This document shows positions 10,542-17,342 of a stretch of 32,000 bases of DNA, piece after piece. The notes under the pieces are model-generated. The model was given only the letters and a program-made list of their open reading frames with translations. It searched no databases and was not told the DNA's origin. A program made the position numbers and the translations under genes. This DNA comes from Prochlorococcus marinus str. NATL2A (lineage in GTDB: Bacteria; Cyanobacteriota; Cyanobacteriia; PCC-6307; Cyanobiaceae). Numbering within the stretch: position 1 is the stretch's first letter; the number at the start of each line of letters is the position of its first letter. The stretch covers positions 270,001 to 302,000 of the forward strand of contig NC_007335.2 of assembly GCF_000012465.1 (NCBI RefSeq). Direction: 5' to 3'.

Positions 10542-11111
10542 ATGATTGATAAATCCAATTCAGATACAGTCATTGGATCCCGTCAAAAAATTTTTTTAGT
10601 TATACTAAGCTTTTTTTTAGTTGTTTCACTATTCTTTTTTCGAACTGGGTTTAAAGCTAATGAAATGCTTAATCAATTGGCTAAGAACTCCTTGGAACCA
10701 GAGATAGCTTTGTCAAATGGAAAACCTACAGTGTTTGAATTTTATGCGGATTGGTGTGAAGCTTGCAAGGAGATGGCTCCTGACATGGTTAATGCTGAAA
10801 AACTGAATTCAAATAAGATAGATATAGTTTTGCTTAATGTTGATAATTCAAGGTGGTTTGATTTGATTGATAAATATGATGTAAATGGCATTCCTAAATT
10901 AACTTTTTTTGACGATCAAGGTGAATTTAAGGGCTTTTCATTGGGAGTTAGAAAATATAGTGAACTTAATGAAATCTTTCTTGCTTTAATTAATAATTCT
11001 GAATTACCCTCTTTCACAAAATTATCAAATTCAAGTAATTTAATTTCTAAAAATAATTTAAAAGTGCTAAATAATAGTATTAAATCAGAAGGCCCAAGGG
11101 ATCATAGCTAG
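10542..11111 (+). CDS. txlA: Membrane-anchored thioredoxin-like protein (TxlA-like)
   Basis: N-terminal TM anchor, then a thioredoxin fold with active site FYADWCEACKEMAP (CxxC) and GIPKLTFF. Its stop overlaps the thyX stop within a CTAG tetranucleotide. Confidence 0.8.
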   Translation: MIDKSNSDTVIGSRQKIFLVILSFFLVVSLFFFRTGFKANEMLNQLAKNSLEPEIALSNGKPTVFEFYADWCEACKEMAPDMVNAEKLNSNKIDIVLLNVDNSRWFDLIDKYDVNGIPKLTFFDDQGEFKGFSLGVRKYSELNEIFLALINNSELPSFTKLSNSSNLISKNNLKVLNNSIKSEGPRDHS

Positions 11112-11746
11112 AATAGCCAATTCAAAGCAGATGAAACTACTGGATATTCTTTTGAAAAAATATTTTTACATTCTTGTGCAATCTCCATATGCTCTTTTTG
11201 CGTGCCATGACCAGTTCTAAGATTTATGTAATGAATCCAGGAACGACATGATCCTGTCATGTAAATTCTGGTTGGGGTAGCAAGTGGAAGTACAAATCTT
11301 GCACATTCTTTGGCGATTCCAGCTTCTAACATCTCTTCATAAAGCTCTTTATTTTGAACAAACTGATGTTTAATTTTTTTGTTGAAAGTATTAATAATTT
11401 CTTTTGGCAAGTCTGATATAGAATTTTGTCTATTTTTATTATCTTGTCTTCTTAATTCTGGTATGGGAATTTCTCCTAATTGCATGCTATCTGCATAGCG
11501 CTGTGAGAATTCTTGAAAGGTAAATGATCGATGTCTTAAAATTTGTGCAGCAATTCCTCGAGTAGTTTCTATTTGCAAAGTCATATAAGCTTGCTCAAAT
11601 ACGCTCCAATGTTCGTTCTTAATGCAATACCCAATTAATTTCGTAAAGTCATCATTATCTTGATTCTTTGGATTGCTAACCCTGGCAATATATGCCATGC
11701 TTTTTTCAGCGTTTGGCGTAGAGGTTATTAATTGAACACTACTCAT
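11108..11746 (-). CDS. thyX: FAD-dependent thymidylate synthase ThyX
   Basis: ThyX signature RHRSFTFQEFSQRY (RHRxxSxxxxSxR). 212 aa. Confidence 0.92.
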   Translation of the reverse strand: MSSVQLITSTPNAEKSMAYIARVSNPKNQDNDDFTKLIGYCIKNEHWSVFEQAYMTLQIETTRGIAAQILRHRSFTFQEFSQRYADSMQLGEIPIPELRRQDNKNRQNSISDLPKEIINTFNKKIKHQFVQNKELYEEMLEAGIAKECARFVLPLATPTRIYMTGSCRSWIHYINLRTGHGTQKEHMEIAQECKNIFSKEYPVVSSALNWLF

Positions 11747-11748
11747 AT

Positions 11749-12342
11749 TTAAACCTTTGCTAAAGTTACTTTTTCTTGTTGATATTGATATTTACCTTTC
11801 CTATCACTGTAAGTTGTTTCACAAGGATCTCCTTCAAAGAAGAGTAATTGACAAATTCCTTCGTCAGCATAAATCCTGCAATCTGCTCCAGAGCTATTAC
11901 TGAATTCCAGTGTTAGATGACCTTCCCAGCTTGCTTCAGCAGGAGTTGTATTTACGATTATTCCTAGACGGGCGTAGGTGCTTTTCCCAAGGCAAATAAC
12001 TGTAATATTTGGCGGTACTTTCATTTTTTCTAATGCAACTCCAAGGCCATAAGAGTGTGCAGGTAAAATAAAATATTTACCGTCCTCGTCTTCTTTTAAA
12101 TCTGTAGGTTCTAAATTTGCAGGATTAAACTTTTTAGGATTCATTACTGTTCCAGGGACATGCCTAAAAATCAAAAACTCTTTAGAGGAGAGACGCAAAT
12201 CATATCCATATGATGAGCAACCAAAGCTTAAAACAGGAGATTTTTCGGATTCCGGCTCAAGATGTCTTATTAGCTTTTCTTGAAAAGGTTCAAGCATTCC
12301 TAGTGAAGCCTGTTCAGCAATCCAAAGATCGTTTTTTAACAT
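11749..12342 (-). CDS. dcd: dCTP deaminase
   Basis: 197 aa. SSYGYDLRLS and NTTPAEASWEGHLTLEFSN, typical of the Dcd/dUTPase-fold family. Stop lies 2 nt before the thyX ATG. Confidence 0.9.
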   Translation of the reverse strand: MLKNDLWIAEQASLGMLEPFQEKLIRHLEPESEKSPVLSFGCSSYGYDLRLSSKEFLIFRHVPGTVMNPKKFNPANLEPTDLKEDEDGKYFILPAHSYGLGVALEKMKVPPNITVICLGKSTYARLGIIVNTTPAEASWEGHLTLEFSNSSGADCRIYADEGICQLLFFEGDPCETTYSDRKGKYQYQQEKVTLAKV

Positions 12343-12939
12343 TTAATTGCAGCGTAATTCAGTGATTTGATCAGCCATTTCAATTACTTTAGGAGGTATT
12401 GATGGTCCTGTAAGAATAATATCTGTGGATGATGGTCGATTATTTATCATAAAAATTAAATCATTTTCTTCAATAAAACCAAGACTAATAGCTATTCCTA
12501 TTTCATCGAGAACGATTTTATCTATTTTTTTTTCGATTAAACGTGATTTACAAAATTCCCAGAGTTCTTTGATCGCTTTTTCTTCATATTTTCTTTTTAA
12601 AGATAAATGTTCTTCCAATATTTTTTCTTGCAAGCACGTTTCAATAGCTGGTCTTAACCACTCAAGTCGCCCGCAAAGATTGATAGCTCCATTTGGTCCT
12701 TGGTTAACTCCACCTCTCAAAAATTGAGCTATTAAAACTTGGCTTCCCAATCCTGCAGATCTAATTGCCTCACTAAGAACAACGGAAAAACTACCTCTAA
12801 AAGTAGAAGTGTGGATTTGAACTTGACCTTGTGTTGCAACTAGTTGTAAAGGCTTTCTAATGTGGGTAGGCCTTAGAGAAGCCTCTTTTGACGGCGATGA
12901 ACCCCTCTGTTGAGCATTAATGCTAACTCGTGCATTCAT
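12343..12939 (-). CDS. cobO: BtuR/CobA/CobO-family cob(I)yrinic acid a,c-diamide adenosyltransferase homologue (degenerate P-loop)
   Basis: Collinear with recalled E. coli BtuR: VLIAQFLRGG ~ VGVVQFIKG, IVLDEIGIAISLGF ~ VVLDELTYMVAYDY, DIILTGPSIPPKVIEMADQITELR ~ VIITGRGCHRDILDLADTVSELR. The P-loop position reads HTSTFRGSFS instead of FTGNGKGKTT. Confidence 0.8.
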   Translation of the reverse strand: MNARVSINAQQRGSSPSKEASLRPTHIRKPLQLVATQGQVQIHTSTFRGSFSVVLSEAIRSAGLGSQVLIAQFLRGGVNQGPNGAINLCGRLEWLRPAIETCLQEKILEEHLSLKRKYEEKAIKELWEFCKSRLIEKKIDKIVLDEIGIAISLGFIEENDLIFMINNRPSSTDIILTGPSIPPKVIEMADQITELRCN

Positions 12940-13089
12940 CTTGATTTTTATCAGAATGTCTTAAAACTAATCTAGCGGCATAAAATTTCTAATCAACCAA
13001 TTCAACACTATCTGTGGTGTATGGAGTCAAAATAGTTGGTTTTCAAAACTATCAAGGCTCAAAAAGTGATTAAAGAAAAACATGGAAAA

Positions 13090-13103
13090 GTAGTTTTAAA
13101 TAC
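13090..13103. promoter_or_regulatory. Candidate NtcA binding site (GTA-N8-TAC) upstream of ntcA
   Basis: aGTAgttttaaaTACt lies about 150 nt upstream of the ntcA ATG. No TAN3T -10 box at the canonical spacing of about 22 nt (nearest is TAGAAT, 13142-13147). Confidence 0.45.
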
Positions 13104-13253
13104 TTTTTGAATTACGTCGCAATTTCATGAGCGTAAAAAGATAGAATTTTTAGAAAGAACAGCCTTGATTATTGACTTAGCTTCAAAAAAGTCGCCATGG
13201 CTACATATCGTTTTTTCTTGACTTATTAATGTTCTTTGAACAATCAATTAAAT

Positions 13254-13985
13254 ATGGTCACTTCGTATCGTGGCTTTACTCGTTTCAACCAACCCAAAAA
13301 TAGCCAGATGGTTGGTAGCTCCTCAACTCCATTGCCGCCAAATAAAACTCTCTTAGATGTAATTAAATCTTTGGAGGGAGTTTCTACTGAAACTGTAGAT
13401 AGATCAAAAACTATTTTTTTTCCTGGTGATCCTGCTGAAAGGGTTTATTTGATAAGACGTGGTGCAGTGCGATTGAGCAGAGTCTATGAAACGGGTGAAG
13501 AAATTACTGTTGCTTTATTGAGAGAAAATAGTCTGTTTGGAGTTTTATCTTTATTGACAGGTCATAGATCAGATCGTTTTTATCACGCTGTTGCCTTTAC
13601 ACGTGTGGAACTCGTTTCTGCTCCAGCCACATCATTAAGGAATGCAATTGAGCAAGATGCCTCTGTTGGTTTGCTCCTTTTACAAGGTTTATCAAGTCGA
13701 GTACTTCAAACTGAAACAATGATTGAAACTTTAACTCATAGAGATATGTCTTCTCGTCTCGCAAGTTTTTTACTTGTTTTATGTAGAGACTTTGGTGTGC
13801 CTGGGGAAAAAGGAGTCACAATTGACTTAAGACTCTCTCATCAAGCTATTGCTGAAGCAATAGGTTCAACCAGAGTTACTATTACACGACTACTTGGTGA
13901 GTTGAAAAGTTCCTCATTATTGGCAATAGATAGGAAGAAAATAACCATATTCGATCCAATAGCGTTAGCAAAAAGATTTAATTGA
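13254..13985 (+). CDS. ntcA: Global nitrogen regulator NtcA (CRP/FNR family)
   Basis: cNMP-like effector domain ([35 protein letters not shown]) and C-terminal [29 protein letters not shown]. The ORF track begins at TTG 13236; the first ATG at 13254 is used here. ATG 13308 is also possible. Confidence 0.93.
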   Translation: MVTSYRGFTRFNQPKNSQMVGSSSTPLPPNKTLLDVIKSLEGVSTETVDRSKTIFFPGDPAERVYLIRRGAVRLSRVYETGEEITVALLRENSLFGVLSLLTGHRSDRFYHAVAFTRVELVSAPATSLRNAIEQDASVGLLLLQGLSSRVLQTETMIETLTHRDMSSRLASFLLVLCRDFGVPGEKGVTIDLRLSHQAIAEAIGSTRVTITRLLGELKSSSLLAIDRKKITIFDPIALAKRFN

Positions 13986-14040
13986 AGGCCATTACATACT
14001 AAGGTTTAGGAGGTTTGATTAATTCTGCTTCTTTCTCTCT

Positions 14041-14967
14041 GTGACTGCTTGGCTTAAAATTCTTTTAGTATTAATCCTAGGTGGAATACTTTCTACTCTA
14101 GGAGATCGATTAGGTACTAGAGTAGGCAAAGCACGTTTAAGTATTTTTAAATTAAGACCAAAAAGTACAGCTGTATTAATAACTGTTTTTACTGGAAGTA
14201 TTATTAGTGCTATTTCATTTGCAACAATGGTTGTATTTGATAGAGATTTAAGGGTTGGATTATTTCAGTTAGAGGATATTCGAGAAAAAATTATAGAGAG
14301 TGAAAAAGAATTAAAGAAATTAGAAAAAAATTTGTATGCTTTAAGGAGTGGAAATGTTGTAATAAGTAGTGGTCAAACTCTAGTAACTAAGACTATTAAA
14401 TTAAATAAAACTAATGATATTAAAAAAATTATCGAAAGTATATTACAGCAAGCAAATTTTTATGCTTTTAATTTAGTTAAAACAAATCAATCTGAATATC
14501 GAAGAATATTATTAGTTCGTAAAGATGATATTGAGAAACTTGAAAATAAAATAGCTGATAATAGAAGTTGGGTCGTAAGGATTAAATCAGCAGGAAATAT
14601 ACTTAGAGGTGAAAATTATGTTTATGCATTTCCTGAAGTCACATTAAATAAAATGATTACAAAGAAAGGTGAAGTTATTGCCATAGAAAATTTATCTTTA
14701 TCAAAATCTGATTCTGAATCTATTAGCAAAAAGATTAATCTTTTAATGGCTTCAACTTTGGCTGAGGTTAGGCGACGAGGATCATTAAGTTCTGAGTTAA
14801 AAATTAATGCTAATCAGATTAATAATTTAGGAAAATATCTAGTTAGTATAAAAAAGGGAGAGTTCCAAATTATTGCTAGAGCTCTTGAAGATAGTCAAAG
14901 TGCAGAAAAAGTCTCAGTATCATTAGAATTAAAATCTTTAGAAAAATCTATATCAAACAAGAGTTAA
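14041..14967 (+). CDS. Membrane-anchored coiled-coil protein of unknown function (DUF3084-like)
   Basis: 308 aa. Two N-terminal TM segments, a coiled-coil stretch (EDIREKIIESEKELKKLEKNLYALR), GTG start. The stop TAA directly abuts the next ATG. Confidence 0.65.
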   Translation: MTAWLKILLVLILGGILSTLGDRLGTRVGKARLSIFKLRPKSTAVLITVFTGSIISAISFATMVVFDRDLRVGLFQLEDIREKIIESEKELKKLEKNLYALRSGNVVISSGQTLVTKTIKLNKTNDIKKIIESILQQANFYAFNLVKTNQSEYRRILLVRKDDIEKLENKIADNRSWVVRIKSAGNILRGENYVYAFPEVTLNKMITKKGEVIAIENLSLSKSDSESISKKINLLMASTLAEVRRRGSLSSELKINANQINNLGKYLVSIKKGEFQIIARALEDSQSAEKVSVSLELKSLEKSISNKS

Positions 14968-15405
14968 ATGAGTCTTTATATATCTATAGATCCTGGAATG
15001 AAAAAATGCGGCTTATTATTGGCTGATATGCAATCCGGAGAAGTTATTGAAGCAGGTGTCGCTTCATTAAATAAATTTTCTGATTTAGTTTCTCAATGGA
15101 ATGAAGATCACGAGATTACTAAGATAATAATTGGGAATGGCACTAATTGTAAGTATATAGAGAATAAATTAAAACGAAATAATTCTTTCAATATAAATTA
15201 TGTCAATGAAAGAGGATCAACTTTAAGAGCTCGTTTTAGATATTGGGAAATTTGGCCTCCAAATTACTTTATTCGTTGGCTTCCAAAAGAAATTCTTTTT
15301 CCTCCTGCAAACCTTGATGCAATTGTCGCGTTGATTTTATTGGAAGATTTTTTAAAATATAGATTAATTTGGCCAAGTAAAGTAAATATTAAAACTTGGC
15401 CCTAA
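14968..15405 (+). CDS. RNase-H-fold, YqgF/RuvX-like putative nuclease
   Basis: N-terminus LYISIDPGMKKCGLLLAD resembles the YqgF/RuvX start (LGLDxGxKRIGVAxSD). 145 aa. Assignment is tentative. Confidence 0.5.
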   Translation: MSLYISIDPGMKKCGLLLADMQSGEVIEAGVASLNKFSDLVSQWNEDHEITKIIIGNGTNCKYIENKLKRNNSFNINYVNERGSTLRARFRYWEIWPPNYFIRWLPKEILFPPANLDAIVALILLEDFLKYRLIWPSKVNIKTWP

Positions 15406-15646
15406 CTGTAAAAATGTAATCTCCACCAGACTCAAGTTTATAATCAGCCTTTACTAAATAGCGCTCTAGTGCATCTTTTATAAGCGCTCTACCTAGTGGC
15501 GGTTCGATAAGAAGTTGTCCTTGGTTAAAAGCCCAAGTAAAACTCCATTCAAAATTTCCTGCACGGACAATCCCTTCTACTTTTTTTTGATTAAAGCATT
15601 GCTTATGAATTTGAAGATATGCAATAGTTGAGGGCTTGTTATACAT
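15389..15646 (-). CDS. Small conserved hypothetical protein (DUF3146-like)
   Basis: 85 aa soluble ORF in an otherwise stop-rich AT-rich background. Convergently overlaps the previous gene by 17 nt. Family name is recalled only. Confidence 0.55.
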   Translation of the reverse strand: MYNKPSTIAYLQIHKQCFNQKKVEGIVRAGNFEWSFTWAFNQGQLLIEPPLGRALIKDALERYLVKADYKLESGGDYIFTVRAKF

Positions 15647-15659
15647 TTTCCTAAAATTA

Positions 15660-16283
15660 TTAATTGTCAGGTTTGTAAGAATTTAGTCGAGTAGATATCT
15701 TTTCCCAATTATTAGATGTGATTGATTCAATACAACTAATTATTTCCTGAATGATGAAATTTAATATTATGAATTCTTCTTTTGAAAATCTACCTAAAAC
15801 GTGAGAAACAGTTTTAGATTTTCTCTCTTGTTGGTCGTTACTTGGTGCTCCTATCCCAATCTTTAATCGCTTAAACTCAGCAGTACCAAGATGGTTGATA
15901 ATGCTTTTTAATCCATTATGACCTCCTGAACTCCCTTTAGAGCGGACTCTTATTTTCCCTAGGGGGAGATCCATGTCATCTACTAGGACGATTAATTGAT
16001 TATTTTGAAAATCAAACCAATCCTTTGCTGATCTTACTGATTTTCCACTTTCATTCATGTATGTGTTGGGCATTAAAAGCCTTGTTTTTTCGATGCCTGA
16101 CCCGTATTCACAAGTTCTACCAAAAAGTTTTTTGCTTTCACGAAAGCTACAATTATTTTTTCTTGCGATTTCTTCTAGCACCATAAATCCAACATTATGA
16201 CGAGTTTTTTCGTACTCAGTCCCAGGATTGCCTAAGCCTACTAATAATTTTAATTCATCAGACAACATACCAATCAAACACAA
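15660..16283 (-). CDS. pth: Peptidyl-tRNA hydrolase
   Basis: LLVGLGNPGTEYEKTRHNVGF, DDMDLPLGKIRVR, GGHNGLKS. The start may be the internal ATG at 16268 (MLSDELK...). Confidence 0.93.
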   Translation of the reverse strand: MCLIGMLSDELKLLVGLGNPGTEYEKTRHNVGFMVLEEIARKNNCSFRESKKLFGRTCEYGSGIEKTRLLMPNTYMNESGKSVRSAKDWFDFQNNQLIVLVDDMDLPLGKIRVRSKGSSGGHNGLKSIINHLGTAEFKRLKIGIGAPSNDQQERKSKTVSHVLGRFSKEEFIILNFIIQEIISCIESITSNNWEKISTRLNSYKPDN

Positions 16284-16329
16284 TTGTTGTTGATTTTAAT
16301 AGTTAAATATTTAATTAGTTTTGGGGAAA

Positions 16330-16545
16330 TTAATTTTCTTTGTCAGCAATGTTTTCATTTGCAGACTCTTCTTCGGTCATGGCATTTTTGATTTCACGCT
16401 CAAATTCCGTAGAGGCACTTTGAAGACCCTTTAGGGTTTTCCCAATAGTTCGCCCAAGTTCGGGAAGTCGTTTTGGACCAAAAATAACAAGTGCTAAACC
16501 AGCAATAACTGCTATTTCTGGCAAACCAACCCCAAAAATATTCAT
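16330..16545 (-). CDS. tatA: Sec-independent (Tat) translocase subunit TatA/E
   Basis: 71 aa. MNIFGVGLPEIAVIAGLALVIFGPKRLPELGR, the canonical TatA TM segment plus amphipathic helix. Confidence 0.87.
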   Translation of the reverse strand: MNIFGVGLPEIAVIAGLALVIFGPKRLPELGRTIGKTLKGLQSASTEFEREIKNAMTEEESANENIADKEN

Positions 16546-16578
16546 GGGCGAATCTCAACTGCTCAAAATTTAACCAAT

Positions 16579-16776
16579 TTAGCCGTTCCAGTCGACGGAA
16601 AAACCCTGTAGAAGAAGTGATTGGTTATAAATTTGGAGCATGATCACTAGAAAAACTAGTAGTAAAACTCCTATAAAGGCCATTACGGGTACTGCTCCCC
16701 AACCTGGAACAACTTTTCCTTGTCCAGAATTACCAATGGATTTAAGCAAAGATCCAAGTGCTGTTTTTTGTCCCAT
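16579..16776 (-). CDS. psbH: Photosystem II reaction centre protein H
   Basis: 65 aa. [39 protein letters not shown] matches the PsbH transmembrane and C-terminal consensus. Confidence 0.92.
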   Translation of the reverse strand: MGQKTALGSLLKSIGNSGQGKVVPGWGAVPVMAFIGVLLLVFLVIMLQIYNQSLLLQGFSVDWNG

Positions 16777-16806
16777 GTCGTTTCTCTAAGCTCAGATTTG
16801 TATGAG

Positions 16807-17025
16807 TCAAGATATTGTATGAGAACTTGTCCAAAAGAAGAAGAGACTGTAGAAACTTGTGATGGAATGAACCAAAAAAACTTTTATATTTGATAAAAGT
16901 GGGCTCCAACTAAGCTGAAAAACTAGCAAAATCATAAAAAGAAATAAATTAATGACTTTTGGAATTGGTATGTGAAAAAAAATTGACCTTTCTATGCCTT
17001 TACTTGCTTTTAATAGCTTTCCCAA
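16807..17025 (-). CDS. Hypothetical small hydrophobic protein (72 codons from TTG; 42 codons from the internal ATG at 16935)
   Basis: It is the only long ORF in the psbH-psbI spacer. All three plus-strand frames are stop-interrupted across 16777-16958; the only open plus-strand stretch is the 46-codon TTG ORF at 16959-17099. Two hydrophobic stretches (INLFLFMILLVFQL, VFLVHSITSFYSLFFFW). It may be a by-product of pyrimidine richness, and I recognise no homology. Confidence 0.25.
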   Translation of the reverse strand: MGKLLKASKGIERSIFFHIPIPKVINLFLFMILLVFQLSWSPLLSNIKVFLVHSITSFYSLFFFWTSSHTIS

Positions 17026-17133
17026 GGGATGAAAATTTTATTCATTTCCAAAAGTCTGTAACACCTTTGTTTTTTTCATTGGAGTTATTGACTTCATAGG
17101 ATAGGTTTAACCTCTATTTAGTGGATCAGATTC

Positions 17134-17262
17134 ATGCTTGCTCTCAAGATTTCCGTCTATACGGTCGTCTTTTTCTTTGTCGGGATCTTTTTGTTTGGTT
17201 TCTTGGCAAGTGATCCAACAAGGACACCTAATAGAAAGGATTTGGAAAGTCCTCAGGACTAA
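17134..17262 (+). CDS. psbI: Photosystem II reaction centre protein I
   Basis: Hand translation gives [42 protein letters not shown] (42 aa), which matches the PsbI consensus. Absent from the ORF track because it is under 60 aa. Confidence 0.9.
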   Translation: MLALKISVYTVVFFFVGIFLFGFLASDPTRTPNRKDLESPQD

Positions 17263-17342
17263 AAATGACACGCTAATTACTGGACTAAACAAGCTCCTGT
17301 AATTGCTTTATTAGGTATTATCTTTTCGTCGGCTTAAATAAT

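Noticed and set aside
11108-11111. Convergent gene pairs that overlap at their 3' ends: txlA/thyX sharing CTAG, the LptD-like gene and leuD at 19337-19340, 15389-15405, and 24881-24894.
   Set aside because: These are consistent with general genome compaction in Prochlorococcus. There is no evidence of a specific regulatory function.
17107-17292. 61-aa minus-strand ORF.
   Set aside because: It is exactly antisense to the well-supported psbI gene, and its product is charged and non-conserved-looking.
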